64,000 bases of DNA from an uncultured Actinomycetes bacterium. Its GTDB lineage: Bacteria; Actinomycetota; Thermoleophilia; Gaiellales; Gaiellaceae. The position numbers were made by a program, and so were the translations under genes. The stretch spans positions 15,951 through 79,950 of the forward strand of contig CAVROA010000004.1 in assembly GCA_963722715.1 (NCBI GenBank), in the 5' to 3' direction. Numbering within the stretch: the stretch's first letter is position 1; every line of letters starts with the position of its first letter. The notes beneath the pieces were generated by a model that saw only the letters and a list, made by a program, of their open reading frames with translations, had not been told where the DNA came from and did not search any database. Positions 41,361 to 52,933 of the stretch are shown here, piece by piece.

Positions 41361-42323
41361 ATGGCTACCAGAACGGCAACGATGGATTTTCAGATCCCCA
41401 GGATCGTCCACGAGGAGGTCGACGAGCGAAACGGCGTCTTCGTGATCGAGCCGCTCGATCGCGGCTTCGGCTACACGTTCGGCAACTCGCTGCGGCGCGT
41501 GCTGCTTTCCTCACTCGAGGGAGCCGCGGTCACGTCCGTGAAGATCGAGGGCGTCGCCCACGAGTTCACGACGCTGCAGGGAGTTCGCGAGGACGTCACC
41601 GACATCATCCTCAACCTCAAGAACCTGATCTGCCGGCTCGAGGGCGATTCGCCCGAGGTCGAGGTGCGGCTCGAGAAGAAGGGCTCCGGGGCGGTCAAGG
41701 CCTCGGACATCGCCGCGCCCGCTGACCTCGAGATCCTGAACCCGGACCTCGAGATCGCGAACCTCTCCGACAAGGGGAAGCTCGACATCATCCTCACGAT
41801 CGGCCGCGGCCGGGGCTACGTCCCCGCCGAGCTGAACCGCGAGCCCGAGCAGTCGATCGGCGTCATTCCCGTCGACTCGATCTTCTCGCCGGTGCGCCGC
41901 GTCTCCTACGAGGTCGAGGCGGCTCGCGTTGGTCAGCGCACCGACTACGACAAGCTGAGGCTCGACGTCACCACCGACGGCTCGCTCGACCCGCGCGACG
42001 CGATCGCGCAGGCCGCCGAGATCCTGATCCGGCAGCTCGCCATCTTCACCGACATCGACAAGATCGAGGGTTTCGGGGAAGCGGCCAGTGAGGCCCAGGC
42101 CGAGGTGCCCCAGGCGCACGGGATGGAGAACTTCCCGATCGAGGAGCTCGAGCTCGGCGTCCGCAGCTACAACTGCCTGAAGAGAGTCGGAATCGAGACG
42201 ATCGGCGACCTGGTCACGAAGAGCGAGAACGAGCTCGCCGCGATCCCGAACTTCGGCAAGAAGTCGATCGAGGAAGTCAGCGAGACGCTCCAGGCCCACG
42301 GCCTGAGCCTCCGCGACGACTGA
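41361..42323 (+). CDS. rpoA: DNA-directed RNA polymerase subunit alpha
   Basis: [26 protein letters not shown]-terminal domain [24 protein letters not shown]. Confidence 0.97.
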   Translation: MATRTATMDFQIPRIVHEEVDERNGVFVIEPLDRGFGYTFGNSLRRVLLSSLEGAAVTSVKIEGVAHEFTTLQGVREDVTDIILNLKNLICRLEGDSPEVEVRLEKKGSGAVKASDIAAPADLEILNPDLEIANLSDKGKLDIILTIGRGRGYVPAELNREPEQSIGVIPVDSIFSPVRRVSYEVEAARVGQRTDYDKLRLDVTTDGSLDPRDAIAQAAEILIRQLAIFTDIDKIEGFGEAASEAQAEVPQAHGMENFPIEELELGVRSYNCLKRVGIETIGDLVTKSENELAAIPNFGKKSIEEVSETLQAHGLSLRDD

Positions 42324-42328
42324 GGCCA

Positions 42329-42718
42329 ATGAGGCACCAGCGGGCAGGCAGGAAGCTCGGGCGCGACTCGGCCCATCGAAAGGCGCTCTACGCCAATCTC
42401 GCGAGCGCGCTGATCGAGCACGGTCGGATCAAGACCACCGAGGCGAAGGCCAAGGAGGTACGGCCGATCGTCGAGCAGATGATCACGCTCGGGAAGAGGG
42501 GGGACGTCTCGGCGCAGCGCCAGGCCGTGGCATTCCTGCGCTCGAAGCCCATCGCGCACAGGCTGTTCACCGAGATCGCCCCCCGCTTCGCAGACCGAGC
42601 AGGGGGCTACACCCGGGTCGTCAAGCTGGGCCCACGGCAGGGCGACGCCGCTCAGATGGCGTACCTCGAGCTCGTGGACTACGTCCCCGAGCGCGCACCC
42701 GCCCCGGCCGCCGGCTAG
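42329..42718 (+). CDS. rplQ: 50S ribosomal protein bL17
   Basis: [37 protein letters not shown]. Confidence 0.95.
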   Translation: MRHQRAGRKLGRDSAHRKALYANLASALIEHGRIKTTEAKAKEVRPIVEQMITLGKRGDVSAQRQAVAFLRSKPIAHRLFTEIAPRFADRAGGYTRVVKLGPRQGDAAQMAYLELVDYVPERAPAPAAG

Positions 42719-43167
42719 TCCGCGTCGACCGCCTCGGCGTACGCTCCGAGCACTCCCGTCCAACCGGTGGCGTAGTTCGTCCGCGTCGCCTCGGCCTCGT
42801 CGCCGAGAACCTCCCAGCCCGTCTGCTCGAGCTCGACCCGCGTTCCGTCGTCTTCGGCCACGAAGCGGATCTCGAGCTGCTGCGCGGTCTCCGGGCCGCG
42901 TCCTGCATGCCACGTCATGCCGATCCGGCCGGGGGGATCCCACGTCGTGATCTCGCCCCACTCGTGCTCGGTGCCGTCGTCCAGCCGTTCGTAAAAGCGG
43001 CCGCCAACGTGGCCTTCGAGGACAATCGTGTCCACCCGCTCGTGGCCGACGGAGTGAGTCCGGGCGGGCCACCAGCTCGCGAGTCCCTCCGTGAATACCC
43101 GGAATGCCACTTCGGGCGGGCGGGCGACCGTGATCGTCTTGCGGAGTGTGAGGTCAGTTACTTCCAT
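42715..43167 (-). CDS. SRPBCC-superfamily protein (AHSA1/Aha1-like)
   Basis: Start taken at [34 protein letters not shown] (ATG 43167), 150 aa. Typical partner of ArsR-type regulators. Its start overlaps the arsR-like stop by 14 nt. Confidence 0.75.
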   Translation of the reverse strand: MEVTDLTLRKTITVARPPEVAFRVFTEGLASWWPARTHSVGHERVDTIVLEGHVGGRFYERLDDGTEHEWGEITTWDPPGRIGMTWHAGRGPETAQQLEIRFVAEDDGTRVELEQTGWEVLGDEAEATRTNYATGWTGVLGAYAEAVDAD

Positions 43168-43480
43168 GCTGCTCTCCTTCCAGCTCGGTTTCCACTGCCG
43201 TCTTGAAGGCGGCCAGCGCTTGGGTCCAGAACGCGTCGAAGTACGAGCGGAGCTCGGCGACCGCGTCGGGCTCGACCCGATAGACGCGTCGCGTACCGAC
43301 ACGGCTCTCGGAGACGAGACCGGCGTCCTTCAGCACCCGCAGGTGCTGGGAGACCGCGGGCCGGCTGACAGGAAGCTCACCGGCCAGGTCACCGACCGAC
43401 CGGGGCCCGTCGCCGAGAAGCTCGAAGATCGTCCGCCGGGTCGAGTCCCCGAGCGCCGCGATGCCGTTTCCGTAAGCCAT
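43154..43480 (-). CDS. ArsR/SmtB-family transcriptional regulator
   Basis: 108 aa. LGDSTRRTIFELLGDGPRSVGDLAGELPVSRPAVSQHLRVLKDAGLV, a winged-HTH pattern. Confidence 0.85.
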   Translation of the reverse strand: MAYGNGIAALGDSTRRTIFELLGDGPRSVGDLAGELPVSRPAVSQHLRVLKDAGLVSESRVGTRRVYRVEPDAVAELRSYFDAFWTQALAAFKTAVETELEGEQHGSN

Positions 43481-43507
43481 TACTTACGGTAAGCATACAC
43501 TTACGCA
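43470..43507. promoter_or_regulatory. Candidate ArsR operator: two adjacent inverted repeats of CGTAAG/CTTACG half-sites
   Basis: CCGTAAG-ccatta-CTTACGG (43470..43489) spans the arsR-like start codon. It is followed by GGTAAG-cataca-CTTACG. Lies in the divergent gap to truA. Confidence 0.35.
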
Positions 43508-43532
43508 GTCGCATGTCAACTAGCCTCCGCCG

Positions 43533-44249
43533 ATGGCAAAGCTGAAGCTGACGCTCGAGTACGACGGCACGTCGTTCTCGGGCTGGGCTGTGCAACCGGG
43601 GCTGCGCACCGTCGAGGGAGAGCTTCGGGGAGCGCTTGACGGCCTGTTCCCGGGCTGGAGCGAGCTTGCCGTCGCGGGGCGCACGGACGCAGGCGTGCAT
43701 GCGCTGGCTCAGGTGGCGAGCCTCACCGCCTCCGGGGGCCCGCTCGAAAGCGCCGCCGACGCGCTGAACTCACGGCTTCCCAGCGACCTGAAGGTGATCG
43801 CCTCGGAGCAGGTGACCTCCGAGTTCGACGCTCGGTACGGGGCTCGCGCCCGGAGCTACGTCTACCGGATCTGGCGCCGGCGGGCCCCGTCGCCTTTCGA
43901 GCATCGCCGCTCGCTCTGGTGGCCGCGTCCCGTCGACCTCGAGGTGCTCGACGCTCTCGCCGGCCTGATCGCCGGCACGCACGACTTCCGGGCCTTCACG
44001 CCAACCGAGACGCGGCACTCGAGCTTTGACCGCACCGTGCTCGAGGCGCGGTGGGCTGTCGCCGACGATGCGCTCGAGTTCCGGATCAGAGCGGACAGCT
44101 TTTTGCGACACATGGTGCGAACCCTCGTCGGTACGATGCTGGAGGCCGAGCCGGCCGCCTTCGAGCGACTGCTCGAGGGGCGTCCGCGCTCCGAAGCCGG
44201 CAGGACGGCCCCGCCCTGGGGCCTCTATCTCGAGCATGTGGACTACTGA
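43533..44249 (+). CDS. truA: tRNA pseudouridine(38-40) synthase TruA
   Basis: [27 protein letters not shown]. Confidence 0.93.
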   Translation: MAKLKLTLEYDGTSFSGWAVQPGLRTVEGELRGALDGLFPGWSELAVAGRTDAGVHALAQVASLTASGGPLESAADALNSRLPSDLKVIASEQVTSEFDARYGARARSYVYRIWRRRAPSPFEHRRSLWWPRPVDLEVLDALAGLIAGTHDFRAFTPTETRHSSFDRTVLEARWAVADDALEFRIRADSFLRHMVRTLVGTMLEAEPAAFERLLEGRPRSEAGRTAPPWGLYLEHVDY

Positions 44250-46899
<2,650 letters not shown>

Positions 46900-46952
46900 G
46901 AGGGATTGGTGAAACGTCGCCCGACGGCACTGCTGCGTTTCGTCAAACCCTC
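46900..46952. terminator. Long imperfect hairpin between convergent ligA and dacB
   Basis: GAGGGATTGGTGAAACG..(19-nt loop)..CGTTTCGTCAAACCCTC. 17-bp stem with 1 mismatch and 2 G-U pairs. Confidence 0.5.
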
Positions 46953-46956
46953 CTAG

Positions 46957-48169
46957 CTAGCGCGCGCGGCCCGCGAGAATCTGCACGAATCGGTCCTGGC
47001 CCTGTCTCGCTGAGAGCCAGGGGATCGGAGCTCCGTTCTGGAGCACCGAGAAGACATATCGCGTCCCCACGAAGCCCGAAAGGGTCGAGGCCCGGTTGGT
47101 CGTCCCGGTCTTCGCCCGAACGAAACCGCGGGCGGGAAACGAGCGCAAGCGGTCCTTCAGGGTGCCGTTCACGCCCGCGAGTGGCAGCGAGCTCACGAAC
47201 GGCCGCCGGAAGCCTGGGTCGCTCCAGCCCGTGACCAGGATGGCGGCGATGGCCCTCGCGGTCAGGCGGTCGTAGCTCGAGAGGCCGGAGCCGTCCGCCA
47301 GCCGGACCCCGGCGAGCGGTACCCCGCGCGTTCGTAGGACCTCGCGGGCCACGGAGATTCCGGCCGCGGTCTCCCCGCGGTCGAGGACGCGGGCACCGAG
47401 GCGCTTCAGGAGCATCTCTGCGACGAAGTTGTCGCTCTGTCGGTTCATCTGCCTGACCAGTCCGGCGGTCGAGGGAGAGAGGATCTGGGAGACGAGCGTG
47501 TCGCCGTCGCCGGCTGCGCCCACTCCGGCGCCCCGGAGCACCCTGACGCCCGCGACTCGTGAGTGCCCTGCGAAACGCGCGCGCCGCGGCGAGCGCCGGG
47601 GTGTCGACCGTGCGGCCGAGGACCTTCGCCTTGTCGACCACGAGAGCCGAGAGCGGGGGACATTCCTCCTTGTAGAAGGACGGCTTCCAGCCGGGCGCGA
47701 CGCGACGGGTGTCGAAGTAGGTCTCGTCGGCGAGAACCTTGCCCGTGACCGTGGTGATGCCCGAGAGCCGCACTCGCTTCGCGAGCACGGCGAGGTCGGA
47801 GCGGGTGAGCGTCGGGTCGCCGTAGCCCTTCAGGATGAGCGCACCCTGCCAGACCGACTCGCTCGCAGACCCCCTGCCGAGCACGCGTGTCGGGATGCGT
47901 GCAGCGGGGCCCAGGCGGTCGAGTGCCGCGAGCGCCACGACCAGCTTTTCGTTCGACGCGGGCCGGAGTGAGCGGTCGGCGTGCTTCGCGTAGACGAGGC
48001 CGCCGTTGCGAAGATCAAGGACAAGCACACCAGTGGCCTGCCAGGAGACGCCGCGGACGGTGAGTGCCCGCGTCAGCTCGCCGGAGAGAGCCGCGGGGGC
48101 CGCGCCGGCCGTCGCGAGCGCCAAGGCCGACACGAGGACGGCGATCAACCATCTCGTGGGCCGCCTCAC
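46957..48169 (-). pseudogene. dacB: D-alanyl-D-alanine carboxypeptidase/endopeptidase (PBP4, DacB-like), frame-disrupted near 47545..47556
   Basis: GTG 48169 gives (M)RRPTRWLIAVLVSALALATAGAAPA. SxxK (PASNEK) is in ORF 46943..48532. SxN (QSDNFVAEML) and KTG (AKTGTT) are in ORF 46957..47541. The join reads AGT CGC GGG C GTC AGG GTG. Confidence 0.7.
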
Positions 48170-48235
48170 CGGCGAAGATAGGCCTACCGGCCCATGGTCG
48201 CCCGGCGGCAGCGGCTCGATACTAGAGAGACGGCG

Positions 48236-48562
48236 ATGTCGAACGATTTCCCCCTTCTGCTGGACCAGATTCGCGCGCTCCTCGACGCGGCCCCGAGCGA
48301 TGAGGCAGGGCTTGCGGAGATGGAGAATACGCTCACGGACGGCTGTGCACGAGCACTTCTGCTCGAAACCGAGCGTGTCCGAATCGAGAAGCAGATCGGG
48401 GAGCTGGCCCAGGGCGACGAGGACCCGATCCAGCTCGAGGAGCTCAGGAGCCTCTCCGACCGGCGAACGGAAAGCGAGGCGGAGCTCGTCCGCCTCCGGG
48501 CGCTGCTCGAGCTGCTGCGCCAGCGAATCCATGCTCGCCGCGCCGTGTCGCTCAACGGCTAA
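48236..48562 (+). CDS. Hypothetical helical protein
   Basis: Start taken at MSNDFPLLLDQIRALLD (ATG 48236), 108 aa, with heptad-like charged helices. No family recognised. Confidence 0.4.
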   Translation: MSNDFPLLLDQIRALLDAAPSDEAGLAEMENTLTDGCARALLLETERVRIEKQIGELAQGDEDPIQLEELRSLSDRRTESEAELVRLRALLELLRQRIHARRAVSLNG

Positions 48563-48566
48563 AGGC

Positions 48567-49259
48567 TTAGACGATCCCGCTTCGGACGGCGTAGACCGCC
48601 GCCTGGATGCGGTTCTCCATCTGGAGCTTCATGAGGATGTTCGAGATGTGGTTCTTCACCGTCTTCGGGCTGATGAAGAGCGCACGCGCGATCTGCGCGT
48701 TGTCGTTGCCGTTCGCGATCAGCTTCAGAACCTCTATCTCGCGGTCGGACAGCTCCGCCCTGATCGTCTCGGCGGCGTCCACGGTCGAACGTTGGGCGCG
48801 AAGCATCTGAAGCATCTTGGCGGCGATCTGCGGCGAGATGAGGGACTCCCCGGCGGCCGCCGAGCGAATGCCGGCGATCAGCTGGTCGACCGAGGAATCC
48901 TTGAGGAGGTAGCCGCAGGCGCCACTCATGACGGCATTGATGACGTCGCTGTCGTCGGCGGAGATGGTGAGCACCACGACCCGCGTCAGCGGTGCGATCG
49001 TCGCCATCTGGCGGATCACCTCAACACCGGACGGGCCGGGCATGTTGAGATCCATGATCACGACGTCGGGGGCTAGCTCGCGGACGAGCCGGAGTGCGAC
49101 CTCCCCGTTCTCGGCCTCACCGACGACGTGCAGCCCGTGCTCTGAGAGGAGGTTGACGAGCCCGCTTCTGAAGAGATCGTGATCGTCGACCAGGAGAACG
49201 CGCAGCTCGTCGAGCGTCTTCTCGACATGCACCTCCTCTGGCACCGAACCCCCGCTCAT
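48567..49259 (-). CDS. NarL/LuxR-family two-component response regulator
   Basis: Start at MSGGSVPEE (ATG 49259) after AGGGGAGGA. Receiver domain LRVLLVDDHDLFRSG...VVIMDLNMPG. LuxR HTH LSDREIEVLKLIANGNDNAQIARALFISPKTVKNHISNILMKL. No kinase gene in the window. Confidence 0.9.
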   Translation of the reverse strand: MSGGSVPEEVHVEKTLDELRVLLVDDHDLFRSGLVNLLSEHGLHVVGEAENGEVALRLVRELAPDVVIMDLNMPGPSGVEVIRQMATIAPLTRVVVLTISADDSDVINAVMSGACGYLLKDSSVDQLIAGIRSAAAGESLISPQIAAKMLQMLRAQRSTVDAAETIRAELSDREIEVLKLIANGNDNAQIARALFISPKTVKNHISNILMKLQMENRIQAAVYAVRSGIV

Positions 49260-49293
49260 CGTCCTCCCCTGGCTACCTAAGACAGGACGAATT

Positions 49294-50352
49294 CTAATGG
49301 AGAGTGATCGTGACCGTTCTCCGGCCCCAGGCGAGCGCCTGTTCCCGGGTGGGGAACCACAGGTCGATGATGAGTCCCTGGACCGCGCTGCCCGTGTCTG
49401 CGGCGACACCCTCTCCGTAGCCGGGCACGGTCATCCGGGTGCCGAGCGGGATCACGCTCGGGTCGACGGCGACCACGCCCCAGCTCGTCTGGATGCCAGT
49501 CGCAGTCGTCCCGCGAAGGGCATATCCCGTGGACTGGACGGTCAACTGAGTGCCCGGCCCCGCCGGGGCCGCGGTCGGGGCCGCAGGCGGTGACCCGGAC
49601 GAGCTCGAGGAGGTACCCGAGCCGGACGGGCTTCCACTCTCGATCTCGTGGGACTTGACCTCCGCAGCCTGCGCCTGCTCGGTCAGGTTGTCGATCTGGC
49701 CCGCGTTGAGCCCCTGCTGGCGACGAAGCCCGGCGAGATAGCTGGTCCGCTCGGAGCGAGCGGCCAGGAGGGCATCGCGGGCCGCTTCCGCGTCGGCCGT
49801 CAGCCGGGCCAGGCGAGCCTGCTCCGCCGCGAGCGTCCGAAGGGCAGTCCGGACTTCCGCGCGCGTCTCCTTGACTTCCGAGATGATCTCCCGGTCCTGG
49901 CGGGCGAGCCGTCCGAGGTTGTCGAGCCCCGTCAGCGCCTCGTCGAGGGAGCGCGAACCGAGGAGGATTGCCAGGGGATCGGTATCACCGTCGATGTAGA
50001 GGGTGCGCAGCCGTTCGCCGAGCTGGTCTTCGGCAAGAGCCAGCGCACGGCGGAGGATCTGAAGGTTGCGCTTTGCTTCGTCGCGCCGCTCTGCCAGCTG
50101 CTGCGAGCGGGTGCGAAGAGTCGCCAGACGCCGCTCGGCGCGTGCGAGGCTGGACTCCAGCGCGTACAGCTCGAGGACGGCCGCCTGCGCACGGTCAGCC
50201 AGGGCTGCGTTAGCGGAGCGCAGCTGGTCGCTTTGACTTCGGAGCATCCCGGGGTCGTCGGCGCGTGCACCGGCCGACGCCAGGAGTGCCACCGCCAAGG
50301 CCGGGGCCGCAACCGCAATGCGAGCCCCTCGTGGAAGCAGACGCCCGCGCAC
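49294..50352 (-). CDS. Secreted coiled-coil protein with C-terminal 3D (MltA-like) domain, putative peptidoglycan hydrolase
   Basis: Signal-like IAVAAPALAVALLASAGARA, about 220-aa coiled-coil, Ser/Pro linker. 3D-domain strings TGYALRGTTATG...VVAVDPSVIPLGTRM...AADTGSAVQG..IDLW. Confidence 0.75.
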   Translation of the reverse strand: MRGRLLPRGARIAVAAPALAVALLASAGARADDPGMLRSQSDQLRSANAALADRAQAAVLELYALESSLARAERRLATLRTRSQQLAERRDEAKRNLQILRRALALAEDQLGERLRTLYIDGDTDPLAILLGSRSLDEALTGLDNLGRLARQDREIISEVKETRAEVRTALRTLAAEQARLARLTADAEAARDALLAARSERTSYLAGLRRQQGLNAGQIDNLTEQAQAAEVKSHEIESGSPSGSGTSSSSSGSPPAAPTAAPAGPGTQLTVQSTGYALRGTTATGIQTSWGVVAVDPSVIPLGTRMTVPGYGEGVAADTGSAVQGLIIDLWFPTREQALAWGRRTVTITLH

Positions 50353-50497
50353 GAGGCGGCCACCCTAGCAAGGCAGCGAAAACAACGACCAGGTAGGGTC
50401 GTAACCGACGGCACAAGCCAACTTCTTCTGGCTCCTAGCCGTACTCGTTGTTAACATCCGCCCCTTGTGGCGTCGCCCAGTCCCCTAAGGCGCCTGC

Positions 50498-51628
50498 GTG
50501 CCCCATGTCCGAGTGCCCCAACTCCGGAGCTATCTGATCCAGCCTCGTAGACGAAAGTCGGCAGTAGCACTGCTGGTCGCTGTTGCCGCGCTCCTCGCGG
50601 CCACCTCCTCCACGGCCTCGCCGACCGTCTCGGCGAAGCAGGCCGAGGCCCAGCGCGTTTTGGGCGAGATCCAGGCCATCGACTCGAGCCTCGACAAGGC
50701 CGTCGACGCCTACAACGCGGCCCAGATGAAACTTGACGCGATCCGCGCCGAGGAGAAGGTGAACCAGCGCCACCTCGTGATCGCCCGGGGCAACTTCAAG
50801 AGCGCGCAAGCCACTCTTGCGAACAGGCTCCTCGCCCTCTACAAGAGCGGCGACGACAACGTCCTCGAGGTTCTGCTGGGGTCACGGAGCCTTAGTGAGT
50901 TCCTGGAGCGCGTCGACACGATCAGCCGGGTGTCGGCGGAGGATTCCCGCGTGATCAGCGAGATCAAGAGCTACCGGGCAGAGATCAAGCGCCGGGAGAA
51001 GAAGCTCGCGATCGCTCGCGTGCAGCAGGAGCAGGTGCTGGCCGAGCGGGCGGAGCGCCGGCGTGTGATCGAAGGACAGCTCGCGGAGCGGCAGCGGCTG
51101 CTCGCGTCGATCAAGGATCAGATCGAAAAGATCAAGGCGGAGGAAGCGGAGCGCCAGCGCCGCCTGCAGGAGCAGGCCCAGCAGGTCGTCGACCAGCAGC
51201 AGAGCAGCGGTTCCTCCGGTTCGACCGTCTCCACGCCGGCCGCAGACGGAGCGACGGGCAGCTCTCCGCCACCCGCGACCCACGGTGGTGTCGTCGGGAT
51301 CGCGATGAGCTACCTGGGCGTTCCTTATGTCTGGGGCGGAGCATCGCCGAGCGGTTTCGACTGCTCCGGGTTCGTCATGTACGTCTACGCCCAGGTCGGG
51401 ATCTCGCTTCCGCACAACGCCGCCATGCAGTACGGCTACGGCAGCCCGGTCAGCCGCGACCAGCTGGCCGCCGGAGACCTCGTCTTCTTCGACGGGCTCG
51501 GGCATGCCGGCATCTACATCGGCGGGGGGTCGTTCATCCACGCGCCCCATACCGGCGACGTTGTGAAGATCTCGAGCCTTTCGGACTCGTGGTATGCGTC
51601 GACCTACGTCGGCGCCCGCCGTCTGTAG
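50498..51628 (+). CDS. Secreted coiled-coil NlpC/P60 peptidoglycan endopeptidase (RipA/PcsB-like architecture)
   Basis: Coiled-coil N-half. C-terminal NlpC/P60 with YLGVPYVWGGASPSGFDCSGFVMYVY...GDLVFFDGLGHAGIYIGGGSFIHAP. The GTG 50498 start is uncertain. Confidence 0.85.
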   Translation: MPHVRVPQLRSYLIQPRRRKSAVALLVAVAALLAATSSTASPTVSAKQAEAQRVLGEIQAIDSSLDKAVDAYNAAQMKLDAIRAEEKVNQRHLVIARGNFKSAQATLANRLLALYKSGDDNVLEVLLGSRSLSEFLERVDTISRVSAEDSRVISEIKSYRAEIKRREKKLAIARVQQEQVLAERAERRRVIEGQLAERQRLLASIKDQIEKIKAEEAERQRRLQEQAQQVVDQQQSSGSSGSTVSTPAADGATGSSPPPATHGGVVGIAMSYLGVPYVWGGASPSGFDCSGFVMYVYAQVGISLPHNAAMQYGYGSPVSRDQLAAGDLVFFDGLGHAGIYIGGGSFIHAPHTGDVVKISSLSDSWYASTYVGARRL

Positions 51629-51691
51629 CGGCGCCTTGACGTAGCCGAGGTCAGGCCCCTGGCGCAGCCGGCGGGTTGCCGGACACGGATT

Positions 51692-51723
51692 GTTCCCTTC
51701 AGCGGGTGGAAGGGAACCTCTTT
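51692..51723 (+). terminator. Hairpin after the NlpC/P60 gene
   Basis: GTTCCCTTC-agcgggtg-GAAGGGAAC, a perfect 9-bp stem, followed by CTCTTT. Confidence 0.5.
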
Positions 51724-51767
51724 CCCGTGCAGAATCACGCCGGTCCCCGATACGCTGAGGCTTGCCT

Positions 51768-52604
51768 ATGCGCACGATCTGGAACGGATCCATCAACTTC
51801 GGCCTGGTCAACATCCCGATCGGGCTGGCCGTCGCGCAACAGCGGCAGGACACTTCGTTCCGCACCCTCCACCGCGAGTGCGGGACCCCGATCAAGCAGA
51901 AGCGCTACTGCCCGTTCCACGAACGGGACGTGGAGGCCGACGAGCTCGTCAAGGGCTGGGAGTTCTCGAAGGGGCAGTTCGTCTTCGTCGAGGAGTCTGA
52001 TCTCGAGGCTGTCGCGGTCCAGCGCTCGCAATCGATCGACATCCTTCGATTCGTCCCGGTCGAGCAGGTCGACCCGATTTACTTCGACCGGGCGTACTAC
52101 CTGGCCCCGGCCGCGGCGGCGGCCCAGAGGCGGCCATACGTCCTGCTCCTCCGCGCGATGCAGGAGGCGAAGGTCGGCGCCGTGGGCAAGTTCGTCCTCT
52201 GGGGCAAGGAGAACCTCTGCCTCATCCGCTCGCTCGGGGACTCGCTCGCCCTCGAGACGCTCTACTTCGCCGAGGACATTCGCTCGCGCTCCGAGATCGA
52301 CGAGGCCGTGGAGGAGACCGACGCGAGCAAGGAAGAGCTGAAGATGGCGCTCCAGCTCGTCGAGAGCCTCGTGGGCGAGTTCGATCCCAACGAGTTCGAG
52401 AACGAGTATCGAAACGACCTCAGGAGCATGCTCGAGGCGAAGCTTGCGGGCGAGGAGATCAAGCAGCCCGAGCCGGCGGCTCCCGTCCCGGTGATCGACC
52501 TGATGGAGGCGCTGAAGCAGTCCGTTGCGCAGGCGCACAAGCAGAAGGCGCCTGCAAAGGCGAAGCAGGGCGGGTCGTCTCGGAAGAGAGCGGCAGCGCG
52601 CTAG
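51768..52604 (+). CDS. ku: Non-homologous end-joining protein Ku
   Basis: ATG 51768 gives MRTIWNGSINFGLVNIPIGL. Also YYLAP. Basic C-terminal tail KQKAPAKAKQGGSSRKRAAAR. Confidence 0.9.
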   Translation: MRTIWNGSINFGLVNIPIGLAVAQQRQDTSFRTLHRECGTPIKQKRYCPFHERDVEADELVKGWEFSKGQFVFVEESDLEAVAVQRSQSIDILRFVPVEQVDPIYFDRAYYLAPAAAAAQRRPYVLLLRAMQEAKVGAVGKFVLWGKENLCLIRSLGDSLALETLYFAEDIRSRSEIDEAVEETDASKEELKMALQLVESLVGEFDPNEFENEYRNDLRSMLEAKLAGEEIKQPEPAAPVPVIDLMEALKQSVAQAHKQKAPAKAKQGGSSRKRAAAR

Positions 52605-52610
52605 GTTGCC

Positions 52611-52628
52611 GGGCGGGCTCTCCCGCCC
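52611..52628. terminator. Hairpin between convergent ku and the small HTH-like gene
   Basis: GGGCGGG-CTCT-CCCGCCC followed by TT. Confidence 0.45.
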
Positions 52629-52634
52629 TTGGGT

Positions 52635-52805
52635 CTATCTGGACGCCGGGCCGGCGCTCAACGCCTGGAGCTGAGCCTGGAAGAGCATCTTGTCGATCTT
52701 TCCCTGGTAGATCGGTACCGACTCCTGAACGCAGAGGCGGATGACCTCGGTCCGGTCGATTCCAAGCTCTTTCGACAGCTCCTCGGGCGTGAGGTGGTTG
52801 GCCAC
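52635..52805 (-). CDS. Small hypothetical protein, possible HTH
   Basis: GTG 52805 sits 5 nt after AAAGGAG. 56 aa: (M)ANHLTPEELSKELGIDRTEVIRLCVQESVPIYQGKIDKML... No family recognised. Confidence 0.4.
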   Translation of the reverse strand: MANHLTPEELSKELGIDRTEVIRLCVQESVPIYQGKIDKMLFQAQLQALSAGPASR

Positions 52806-52933
52806 GAACACTCCTTTCAGTCGGGTACGAAAAAGCCCGCCGTCATGAGACAGGCGGGCTTGGCGCCACAAAGACATCGGAGGCGAGGGAGCTCAAAGGC
52901 GTCTGGCTCCTTGCTTCATGAACTGAAGAATAC

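Noticed and set aside
50353-50497. Possible cyclic-di-AMP (ydaO-type) riboswitch in the gap between the two peptidoglycan hydrolase genes. Such riboswitches often precede NlpC/P60 and rpf genes in Actinobacteria.
   Set aside because: I read both strands for the conserved cores I remember (GGGGA.CC, ACGGGGUGAAUC, CCGNCAGCUAACCUCGUA) and found only loose resemblance (for example CCGTCGGTTACGACCCTACC). That is not enough to call. cmscan would settle it.
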